From Bigelowiella natans CCMP2755 (lineage: Eukaryota > Protista > Cercozoa), in NCBI GenBank assembly GCA_000320545.1, contig ADNK01003482.1, positions 1 to 64,000 of the forward strand: a stretch of DNA of 64,000 nucleotides. The letters run 5' to 3'. A program made the position numbers and the translations under genes. Each line of letters opens with the position of its first letter. Position 1 is the first letter of the stretch. Below the pieces are notes generated by a model, which saw only the letters and a program-made list of their open reading frames with translations, was not told the origin of the DNA and searched no databases. This document shows positions 52,640 to 64,000 of this stretch, one piece after another.

Positions 52640-53900
52640 GCTCCCATGGAACTACTTCACTCATTCGTTCATCGCATTCTGGCAGTCTCAGCACGTCTGT
52701 GATCCTGTTGCCTGCAGGCCATGCACCACTGCAGCATCTTGTGACGTGTTCACCAGTTCAGCCTAGCAATGCTGGAGTGCACATCGGCTCAGGCTAGCAG
52801 GGGCAACACTGAAATGGGCGCGGCACAGCTGCAGCCGCTGCATTGCACAGCCACATGAGGATCTAGGGATGACCATTTGCAACAAGTTCAATTTGATTGA
52901 TTGCACTCGTCTCACAGCATCGCAACTCCAGAACTGGCAAAGGTCAATGTGGCTTGTCACGTGCGACGACGTGGTGCTGGCTTCGTCAATCAACGTGTTT
53001 GTGATGAACATCGACACATTGCATCGCGTCATGCACAGCGCTGCAGCTTGCAGGTCTGAAGGTCGGCAAATTGCACACAAAGCTAGAAAATGTGCCATGC
53101 TGGCATGCCCAGGCTAGCAGGTATGTGCGCTCGATCGCACGTTGTGTGCGACAAACCAGCAAACGCAAGAGTGCCCTCCAGCCTTCCCCACCTCTAGACC
53201 TAGCCACAGCGATGAGTGAGTGAACGAAGGAATTCCACAACCTGAACAAAGATTCATGGAACACGCTGTCTCATCATGCCCTCATCTAGTCATGGACCAA
53301 CATGTGCATGAGTGATCAAACGAAACTGTGACACTTTCGATCAACGCTAGAACGATCGAGTGCCTGATTTGGTCCTAGCTGGGACACGCGTGTGTCATCG
53401 CAGCGTGGCCAACTGACTAGCTGGCTAGCTGGGAGATCGAGCGCCTAGTCAATGCAAAGTGCACACACGCACGTGTCTCAACAAGTCGTGTGCATGCACA
53501 TGTCCATCTGTGCATGACGTGCATGCGTGTCTCCATGTCTCTAGCTAGCTAGGTCTAGACATGGCTGCACGTGCTCAATGTGCAGACAACTAGACAATGA
53601 TGCATTTTGATGTGTGCACCCATCGTGTGCATGCATGCGGAGCTACTTCTTGCACTGCTTTTTTGCTCTCTGTCTGTATACACGTGCAACTTCAGAACTC
53701 TTGATAATCGTTGCACATGATGCGCATGCATCTAGGCCGTAGCCCGGGCGCTAGCCCGGGCCGCTTGCACTGCAGCGCGAGCGCTAGCATCGTTGAAAAA
53801 TGCTGCGGACATCATGCATGCATGGCATGCACCGTAGCTGCACAAGCGTCCATGCAAATTCAGCAGCATTGAGCGCATAGGAAATTGTGTCGGACCACTG
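52640..53900. other. TpA-depleted zone (CTAG spared)
   Basis: 52681-53640: hand count of 19 TA, 18 of them in CTAG. CpG abundant. Confidence 0.9.
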
Positions 53901-54067
53901 TTGCCTGCGACAACATGTACAGATAAGAGCTCCGAGCTCTAGTAGCTAGTCACGTTGCATTTTGCTGCATGCACATTGCACTTCTTTCAATTTGTTCGAT
54001 CCTTGCTCATGAAGTCTTCCGTCGTTCTTTTCGATCTAGAGCCGTACTGTCACATGCAATGCTACTG

Positions 54068-54112
<45 letters not shown>

Positions 54113-54232
54113 TACATACACACACACAAATTCCCTTGTTTACAATTCAATGTGTGAAGCTGCACTACATTTGAGTTGACTACATTTTACTATCGGTCAA
54201 ATCTATCTATTGATATTATTCAGAGGAAGATA

Positions 54233-57159
54233 CTACTGTTCGTCGGCATCGCTATCGTGCAGCTGGGCTTTTGCCCTAGAAATCATCTTTCTGTAGAGTT
54301 GTATGACTTCGTCTTTCAGCTTCACAACTCTTTCCTTGTCTTGTAAGGATTCCTTCTGCATAGCAATCCACTCTCCTCTTCCAACTTGAATTTCGTAAGT
54401 AAGTGCTTGTATTCTCCGATCCTTAGCTGCGATCGTCCGATCCCTTTGCTCCATCAAAGTGCTATTGGCCTTCTTTGTATCGTTAATCTGTTGCTTCGCT
54501 GCATCCAGTTTCCTTCTAGAGGCCTCCCGAATAGTTTTTAGCTCGTTCTTAAGCTCAGCGACCTCATTTTTCAAATTTTCATCCTCATTAGGCCCACGCT
54601 TTGCTAGTGCTAACTGTCGCTTAAGTTCGGAGCATTTCTCGGAAGTCTCTACTAGCTTCGCTTGCAGCTGGCGGTATTTAACCTCATACTCCTCTAGGCT
54701 AGCCTCCATTGTGGCACATTTATCCCTGTGACTTGCTTCAACTTCCGCTGCTTTGAGTTGTTCGCATTCAGCCTGTGTATCTTCCAATTGCTGCCTGGAA
54801 CTCCTAACTTCAATGCTCGTCCGCTCCCCTTCCTGTTCCAAATTCTTTCCATTTTTCTTCGGTCGCATTGTGTGAGCCTTTTTTATAAAAGCTGCAAGTC
54901 CGATAAGCTTGGTCCGGGCTTTACTACGTAGCCTTATCATTGCTAACTCATTTTCTTCAGAGCTTTCCTCTCTTCCTTTCTGTCCCTCAGCCTCCCCTGT
55001 TTTTTTTAGATCAGCGAGTTCTTTTCGGAGAGCCTCAAGCTTTCGCCGCCACCCTCCTTCTTTATCCTCCTTCATTTCCTCATTTTCGTTGTCGTTGCGT
55101 CGTCTGTCTAGCACTTCTGTTTCTTCTCCTCCGATGGAGACGGGCAACATCTCTGTAGCGACCTCAATGAGCTCAGCAACCCTTTCTGCACGTTCATTTC
55201 TCAGTTTACTCTGTGTCTCCCGCAGGGTGGTAGAGACCCTTTGCACTTCCTCCTCGGCCTCTTTGTGTGCAGTAGCCTTGATAATGTCATCCCTCTTCTC
55301 CTCAAGCTCGCGAATCTTCTTGTTTGCCTTCCGGAGCAGCCGCTGATACTCACCAAGGCTCTTTGATTCGTTGATCTGAGGTTTATTCTTTATCATCTTG
55401 GCTCGTGTAGCGAACCGCAGAGAGCAGATAGTTTCTTCCAGATTCATAGCGGATGGTGAAGCCGTGACGATAACGGTAGTCCTTGAGTTTCCACCAAGGG
55501 AATCACTTAGAATCCATGTCAGCTTCGAGTCGCGGTAAGGAACTTGCAAGAGCATGGTAGGATGGGAAAAGAAGGAAAAGGATTTCTTAGGGATATGAAG
55601 TTTTTCAAATTGTTTCAGGGGAAGGAGAAGCGTATATTCTGAAATTCTGAGCCCCCCCCCCCTAATGTCAAAAACCTCATCTATAGATAATGTCATGGTC
55701 ATAATCATGATCATTATCATTACAACTCTTCTTCACTCATATTACTGTGGTGTGATCCCTTTGTGGTGAGGGAATGGATGACGTTTCCCAGTGCAGAAAG
55801 AGATTTGTTAATCTGCTGCGCCTCCTTGAGAGTCTGTCCTGTTGCGCCCGAGTTCTCAACACGCTCAGAGCCTGCAAGATCGACCAATATGAGCTTCGAG
55901 CTTCGCGCCGTTGTGTTGTCCTTGTGCAGTTGCTGAAGCTTTAGAAAGAACACACTGTGGCTCCTTGAACTATGTGCATTCATGTTTGTTCTTCCGGTTG
56001 CACGGTTGCGACTTCCTAGATCCATAACGTGCATCACATCGTCCTGGCTGATTACCCTTGCCTCACATACACCTTCTACCCAGATGCCATGTCCATGATT
56101 CTCACGAATGCGTAGGTTGGTATTACGAGGCTTGAGTAGGTCTTTTACATGGTCCATGTAAATCTCAACGTATGAAACCGACACCTCTACGTGGTGCTCC
56201 TTCTGTTCAGCAGCTTCTGAGTGGCCATAGTGCTCGTCGATGTGCTCAAATACACTTGATACCAGACGAGGGATTACGCCTCTACAGGGTTAGTTTATAA
56301 AAATAACGATATTTCTCGGATAGGCTCATCGTAGTGATGAAGATTAGGGAATGATGTACTGAAGGTGAGAGTTTCTTTTCGTTGGTATATGTATGCAGTA
56401 TAAATAATGATTTTTTTCGCCTTCTCGAATTTCTTTGAATTATGCGGTGAAGATGATAGAATGTAATTGATAATATCACCCGTCATTATTAATTACCTTT
56501 TCTCCTTAGAGCCCATCATCGTGTGCGTCTTCCCGCTACCTGTTTGTCCGTACGCTAAGACTGTACAATTTATTCCGTGGAATAAGTCCTTTGTGTAGCA
56601 TAAGAAAGTTATTCTGAGAGTGCAGAGAGACAAGAGAACAATGCAAAATGGAGATATGGGAAAGTACGGGAAAGATACGATCCAGCCAGCATTATTTATC
56701 TGGTCACAGCACCTCTAGCATTTTCGAGCATGCGACTTTATAGACATCTTCTTGATTCGCATCTGGACCGAATACTCGATCATATGTGAACCTTTTTGAA
56801 GAGCATACGTTATCACATCTGAATTATAGTAGAACACACGCCGCGGTGCTGCATTTACATCAGCAGGCTTCGTCATTTCGCAAACATAGAGTTGAGATCT
56901 ACGTGTTAGTCCCATATGCTTATATGGTGGCTTACTGAGTCTGGGGAGTTGAGTGCTTCAAGAGGAAGGGTTCATCTGTCTTGATTTTGAGAGATGAGTC
57001 GCTGGGAAATTCGAATAACTCCTCCGTGTGTTGGCCTTTGCGCTCACGTTCATTAGTCGGTCGGAATCGTGCAACAACCATTACACTATCCTTCTTCGAT
57101 AAAATGCTTTCCTTTCTACGGTGGTGGTGGTGGCGGCGTGCCCCATGAATGTGCGACAT
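54233..57159 (-). CDS. Kinesin motor protein (kinesin-1 heavy-chain-like N-terminal motor plus coiled coil)
   Basis: [79 protein letters not shown]; long coiled-coil tail. Confidence 0.95.
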
Positions 57160-57648
57160 GCCTCTTGCTGTTGCCTTAAAATCTTTAGGTCGGAAAGCTT
57201 TTCTTATGTAGATCTATGACAAAGCCGTGCTTTCTGAACTTCCTCAATGTCAGTTATAATTTCATTCCTTATTTTCCGTGGAATATCCACAAGAAACTCG
57301 AAAGGATGATGCCACTTGAGCAAGTTAGAACAAGCGTTTGCAGGTGGGGGGAATCTCCGAAACGGCCAGGCGATTATGATCTGAAACTCTCATAATTACT
57401 GTTGCCTTTCTCTCTGTTCCGATGGGATTCTTGCCTCTGCGACAATCATCGGTCCAGAGAAAGACTTTGGGCTATCTTCTTCGGCTTTCGTCCTGGAATC
57501 GAACCCTGCGACAAAGACATACATAGGTCTCAGCGCTAAAAAAAACTGGTACTAGGTTTTCGAGTACTTGCCCTCCGAGAGAGCAACCCACGTCGTCTGT
57601 AACGCGTTCAGGACCCACCACCATTTTGAAGAAGAGGAAGAAGAAGGG

Positions 57649-58224
57649 ATGGTTAGTTTCTTAGTTGCCATTGCCTCTCGAGATGATGGAAGGGCGGGGG
57701 TATCAGAAGCTACAGCATCATCATCGTCGTCGTCGTCATTTCGTTCCATCTACGTGGTCTCCACGCTCGTCTTCGTAGTCGGATTCACGGCCTTCGTCGG
57801 GGTTCAGCTACTGGTAGTCCAAAGCATAACAATTGAGTACATCTTATCGACCGCAGGAGATGGTAGTTGGGATGCAGATAATGAAGAAGAAGATGATGAT
57901 GATAATGAATTTGCATGTTGATGTTTGAACACGACACAGCAGTCGACTCACAAAACTTGCAACAATAGGTAGGATCACGGCACCCTTCAACTAATCCCTC
58001 TTTGAGCTGCCCTAGTTCATGTTCCAAAAACTCTTTCGCTCATCGCTGGGTCGGGCCAAAGATTCAAGTTCCTGCTGCTTTAGGTAGTAGAAGCAGCAAC
58101 CATATTTTTCACCAGCGTCAGCAGTACCAGCGGAAAAATTGGATTCCTCAATGCGACCCAAAAATTGTCACGAATGCAAAAGAAAACCTCCAGTGTGAGA
58201 TTGCCGACGGTGATTGGCACGTCG

Positions 58225-58260
<36 letters not shown>

Positions 58261-58960
58261 TCGAACAAGAACAAGAACAAGAAGAAGAAGAAGAGCCAAT
58301 GTCTTCAACTTCAAAATCGCTCGTCATGTCAACGAGAAGGGAGGCTTTACATCGCTTTGCAATACTAGCATCTATCCTTGGAACAATGGAGTTGCAGGCC
58401 CCCGCCATCATAAAGGCGCAGGAAAAAGACGCCACCCTGTCAAGCACATCCCCAGCCTCATCGTTATTAACCTCCTCATCTTCAGAGTCGTTCTCTACCC
58501 AGCAGGTGCGGGCCTATCTCCTGGGGACGAAGGAAGCAGGTAGAAAACATTTGTATCATGATTTATGGAGGTGATTTAATGTCACAAATTATTAATCTGC
58601 GACTCCTTATAGAACAGGCACTGACCTATAAAGCTGAATACTGCAAGATCGTGTACTTTGGTGAGAACCGTCTCCTCAATAATCAATATTTACCCTTTTG
58701 TCTTACTCTTGACCGATTGTCTATCGTATTTCTCTTTAGTACGTCATGGCCAAGGATACCATAACTTGGGGTACAAGTAGCTGTTATTGTCGTGTGTAGT
58801 GTGTGTGTGTGTGTGTACTGGTGAGGTGTGAAAGCCTCTGTAGCATTTGTGGTAATATTCATACGATTTTAGGAAGAGGAGCCCCGTTGATAAGCTTGCA
58901 CGCTGCAATGACATGGATCTCTTCGATGCGTCTCTCACGTCTGTCGGTGAAGATCAGGTA

Positions 58961-58993
<33 letters not shown>

Positions 58994-59212
58994 GTGGAAT
59001 CTATTCTTGTCATTAATCTATACTTTCTCCCTCTTTCTCCCCCTCTCCCTTCTCCTCCTCGTCGTTGTTCTTCCATTAATCTTCCCTTCACATCTCGATC
59101 CATTTAAGGCAAGTCGTATTCAGGATATCTCTCTAAAATTAAGGTCGTGCTACCTTATGCTTGTGTACATTTAACTACCACACACACATACACACACACA
59201 AACACGTACACA

Positions 59213-59251
<39 letters not shown>

Positions 59252-60215
59252 CATATTATATGTGTTATATGTATAATCTGCAGAAGAACCACACTATCTT
59301 TTCGAAATATTGTGAAGAGATATCTACTCTGATTCCTCCAAACGATCCTTATCGCGTGTGTATTTTTTTGCGACATGGGTGATCAAGAAGCCTGTATACA
59401 TAACATTAACTTATTGTTACTATTATTATTATTATCAATTATAATTATAGATGATATTAGTTTACTTCATCTAACTAGGCCAGAGATTATCTACGTGTCC
59501 CCTATGCGCCGAACTCTGCAGGTCAGCTATTTATTATCTTGTTGATGTTAATGTCGTATGTGTGCTTCTATCTTCCTTTTTCCTTCTTGTTCTTGTTGTT
59601 CTCGTTCTTGTTTTTCTCCTCTTCCCCCCAGCACCACAATCACCATCATGCTTCGCCACACATTACTAGATCACCATGATTGATTGTTTTCAGACGGGGA
59701 CGCTTGCGTTCAAGACTGTTGATGTTCCCTTCATAGCATTTGAGGTTGGTGCTGCAGGGCGTTGCTGTTTCTCATTCGTCAAAAATCTTACCATCATCAT
59801 TGCCATCATTGTGGCCGTCGTCGTCGTCATCAAAACATCTCATCGTATGATTATTTATAGGAGCTACGGGAGGTGTATGGATGCACGTCATCACAGAGAC
59901 GAAAGGCTTCAATTGCGAAGTCGGTCTTAAACTAGTTTCGCACACACCTATCTTCGTTATTTCTGTTATTACATTATATGAGCGACTCTTCTTGACTTTG
60001 CACGAATACATCATCATCCTCCCCATGTTTATAATAATAATAATAATAATCATCATCATCATCACTGTCTTCATCGATACAATCAACATTGAAATTGGCC
60101 ACAGTCCGATGTTTGATTCGTTCATTGCATTATTATCTCCCTTTCTCTTCTTCTCATCTGTTCTCCGATCCTTCCTTCTCCTTCTCATCCCTTTCAATCT
60201 ATATTTGTTTCCTAC

Positions 60216-60246
<31 letters not shown>

Positions 60247-60331
60247 TGTTTAACAGAGCGGAATTTCCCAAGGTGGATTTTTCGAGGGTCGGTACACATA
60301 AATGCTTCATCTGATCATGATACATCATTCT

Positions 60332-60376
<45 letters not shown>

Positions 60377-61268
60377 GGATGTGTGTAAACACATATTTTC
60401 ACGTAGATAGCTTCCATTCATGACTGTATGACTCAATGCTTGCCTCATGTTCCCAACAGTAAAACCTCTACTACTGTTTTTCTTCCTGTTCTTCATATTC
60501 TTCTTCTTCTTCTTCTTCTTCTTCTACTACTACTACTAATACTGTCACTATTTATATCTCTATCGTAAATGTGCAGATAACTGAAGATGATTTAGAGTGG
60601 ACGGCAGTAGAGGTACTGGATATTCCAATAGTAATACCGTAATATCGTCGGTGAGTTTTACTAACATTCCCTTGAGCAAATTCATGTTCTGGGCCTGTAT
60701 GATGTTCTTAGAACGAATAGCTCTATGCTGTAACAATAGTGTCATCAAATGGGGTACCCATGTTTGCACGTACAGAGTCCAGGCCACCTCAAAGAACGTC
60801 AAATAAGATTTCTCAACTATATTCGAAATGTCAGTATAACCCAATTGCGCATGAATCACCCGCCTCCCTCTCTTTATGTCTCTCCTCCCTCTATTGGAAA
60901 CGCGGGTGATCTACCTGCTTGGATGCATGTGTATGTCAGCGTATTGTATTTGACGTATATCGATAGTATGAAAAGAGGAAAGAGGTTTGGGGTAGGCCTC
61001 GTCATAACCATGATTGTAAAATGAATGAAATGATTAGCGACCAGAGAGGACACTTGGCGTCGTAACGCATAGCCTGTGGCTACTTAACTTCTTTAGGGTA
61101 TGTATCAACCCTTCTCTACTTAGCGCATACTCATTCCTCCCCCCCCCTCCAATGTGATGATGATGGACACAGGAGACAGTGGCATGCACGGAACCAGCCC
61201 TCACAAACTCCATTTTCAACACCGGAGAACTTAAGGGCGTTGTGCTTCAGATGGATGGATTTGACTGA
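57649..61268 (+). CDS. Histidine phosphatase / phosphoglycerate mutase-family protein with plastid and probable thylakoid-lumen leader
   Basis: IVYF|VRHGQGYHN, DASLTSVGEDQ|A, YVSPMRRTLQ|T, ELRE, FPKVDFS, GVVTHS, FNTGELKGVVL..* (TGA 61266-61268). Leader has a hydrophobic segment, a Ser/Arg-rich region and STRREAL...IIKA. Confidence 0.85.
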
Positions 61269-61699
61269 TGCCCTTAAAAAAGAATGACCATCAACAGCAC
61301 TGTGCATATTGAACAGGACGGTACAATTGTGAGCTTAGCGATGTACCTGCAAAATGTAGATCAACAGCACTTTGTCCATGTGCTTCGCAAGAAATTCCAT
61401 CATTCTTGTCCGATTAAAGCCATGCATTGCGCCATGACAATTTGCCACCCATTTTTTGGGCTGATTGTTTCGATCACCACACGGTGGCATTCACTTCGCC
61501 AAATTGAACACATGGCGTGTCTAGATCTAGAGATGGGTGTTGCTCATAGCTCATGCGTGGCGTGGCATGCGATGCCAAGATTTCATCATGGCATCATGAA
61601 TGCTTGTGAGCGCTGCACAATCATGGTCATCGGTGCTTTACATGTTGTTGAGTACAATCATACAACACACATGCACAACGTTTCAGAAGCACATCTATA

Positions 61700-62560
61700 G
61701 ACCATTGGCCCTGCAACACTCGCAACAATTCAAATCATCAGGAGGAGGTGCGGAAAATTGAGCTGAAACTGTCAGTGCTCCGCCAGGTTCATTCTTTGAC
61801 GAGTTGCGCGCAGCGATCTTCTTGCTGCAACTGTGCCATGCTTGGGATTGCAGGGCGTGAAGACCCTTTCTGTGCGCAATTTCAATGAATGGGCGAAGTG
61901 TCGTTCCCATTCATTGTTGCTCTGGCGCGGTGCGCACGCTGTCAGTGACACGCGGAAGGAAAAGGAGAAGAAGAAAAGAAGACTAGAAGAAGACGACGAC
62001 GTCGACGAAGTGTGCAAATGAAGCTGCAAGCAATGAAATGCAGAAACATTGAAACATTGATCACAATTTGACGTTCAACACCATCACGATGCACAGACAA
62101 GCACCAGAAGTAGCATGCTGCGCTGCGGCTAGCTGGTGACGTGAAGGTGCGCCTCTGGCAACAAGGCGAAGTGAAACTAGCCACGAAGATGCGAGGTCTC
62201 AAAAAACTGGCCAAAAGCAGGCGAATAAATCAATTGACCGCCAAACAAAGAATGGGAAGAAGTGGAAAATGAACACACGATCGAAGGTGAAAGAGCGGCC
62301 CAAAACAATGATTGAACGACGAATGATGATGAGCGAAGCGAGGGATTTCCAGTGGTGCAGCCAGAGGAGTGCTGACTCACCTTGAACATAGCCACCCGAG
62401 TGAATGAATGAAGTGATTCCAATGGTGCAGTTCTGGAGTTGAAAGGATCATCATGACTCCTCGCTGCGTTTCAGGAAGCAGGCTCCTCAAATTTTTGGTG
62501 CTTGAATTGGCATCACCCAGGCATGCATTCCCCGGGATTCGGCAGCCATTTTCCATGAAT
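61700..62560. other. TpA-depleted zone
   Basis: About 6 TA in ~850 bp by hand count: 3 CTAG, 2 other xTAG, 1 ATAA. Confidence 0.8.
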
Positions 62561-62891
62561 AAATCTTGTCGCTGTGATGAAATCCAATTGATTTCTGTGC
62601 TTCCTTTCCATACCTAAAAACCCACGTCGAACGACATCATCACTTGTACTCTTACCATGGGGGCGGGTATGCGAATAATAAGTGATTGCATTCGGTTTAC
62701 GCTCCAATGAACGTTCATATTTGATTTCCTATCTCATTTTGGGATTATTTTCTAATCATCTCGACAGAGCGCCAAAATATCTTAGCAACACGCGAACACA
62801 CACACACACACACACACACACCAACATATGTGTGTACATGATATGTCTTCTAAAATCTTGCTTGAATTTCTTGCACGTTGTTCTATTCAAT

Positions 62892-63994
62892 ATGGCCTTA
62901 GTTTGCTCTCCGATTTCTGCCGACTGCACAGTGTAATTGAAGCCGCTATCCTCATCAGCATAAAAAGAAGCATTCCTTTCCGAATTGTAAACTTTTATTG
63001 AAATTCTACAGCTTTGCGAGGAGGTTGCTGCCTTCAATATTCCATATAAAGCCAGAAAAGACAGTATTTTTGGCTGGACGCCAAGGGGTATACAATTCTC
63101 CGCACCTTATAGAACATCTACAACGAAATATCTTATCTCAGGCTGGAAAGACATCTCTTCTATACAACATTCACATGTACAGACCAATGGGACATAGCAA
63201 ATTACCAGCAACTGAAGGATTTAATTATGAGGTTAGTGTTCAAACAAATTTAACCTATAATAAAATGGTTTATTTACTTATTTTGTATCAATCTCAGGTC
63301 GTAACCTTCAGTCAATATGTCTACTATCAATTTATCGATCCTTCAGGAAATTACACAATGAGGGGGCTGTATCCAATATTTTGGCGAAATATGAAGTTTG
63401 ATTTTGTTGTGTGAGTACCATTTATGCCATTGCAGTAGTGCATCGTAAGATCGTATAATGTATTTCGAATCTACAGATATGTGATTGATATGACCGAATA
63501 TCTAAAATGCCGTTCTGAGCTTGAGAGATATGAATTCCTAAGACAAGGTATTATGGCTGCTCAAACTCATAACTAGCATACAACACATGTATTCATTTTT
63601 TCAAACATTAGATCGTGAGCAGCTTTCCACAATATTAAGCGACCTGAGCCTGCACGCTGTCCAAGAGCGATACAAAAATGTAATCGTCTTCATGAACTTC
63701 AAAAATGAGGAGCACAATACGATTCGAAGCATTGCAAAGGCGTACCTCATCGACGATATTCAGCTTGAACAGCAGGGATCAAAACAGACAGATGAAGGTT
63801 CATCGAAGGCAGTAGACCGAAAACGGCCTTTCCTCCCACCTGAAAATTTTGTAGACAAACCTGAGGATGTCTTACGCTTGCTTATATCCGAAGATGTGGA
63901 TTGGGTAAAAGGTTGTGGATTCTTTACAACAGAGGATGGATTTCAAGGAAGATTCTTTCCAAATCAATTCGATGCAGCAAGTGCGACAATTTGA
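62892..63994 (+). CDS. Divergent Arf/Arl-like small GTPase
   Basis: After removing a 54-nt GT-AG intron (63088-63141): VFLAGRQG|AGKTSLL (P-loop), LPATEGFNYE (Arf switch I-like), FIDPSGN..MRGLY (G3), FDFVV|YVID. Start approximate. Confidence 0.65.
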
Positions 63995-64000
63995 GCTTCA

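Noticed and set aside
52640-53900. CpG-methylation decay or fungal RIP as the cause of TG/CA richness
   Set aside because: CpG remains common and TpA is lost rather than gained.

Overview
This is gene-dense, intron-rich eukaryotic nuclear DNA with many microsatellites in introns. Bipartite (signal plus transit) leaders on SufS and on a histidine phosphatase point to an alga with a secondary plastid, plausibly a chlorarachniophyte; that is an inference only. About 20 spliced protein genes can be reconstructed by hand: glycerol kinase (3' part), UBAC2-like, ABHD17-like, a queuosine-salvage QNG1/DUF2419 protein, a class C GPCR with a periplasmic-binding-type ectodomain, SURF6, TIP30-like, a C2H2 zinc finger, SufS, an FHA protein, RNF141-like, a large UBA protein, ABHD11-like, a SAM-like protein, G-alpha, kinesin, a PGM-family phosphatase and a divergent Arf-like GTPase. 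Two observations stand out. (1) The QNG1 gene splices in frame into a 750-aa protein with an SH3-like module and a complete Nudix hydrolase inserted before the conserved QNG1 C-terminal tail. (2) Discrete zones downstream of gene 3' ends have lost almost every TpA dinucleotide except those in CTAG, while keeping CpG. This suggests a localized TpA-to-TpG/CpA hypermutation or base-modification system. Exon boundaries and counts were made by eye and need computational confirmation.
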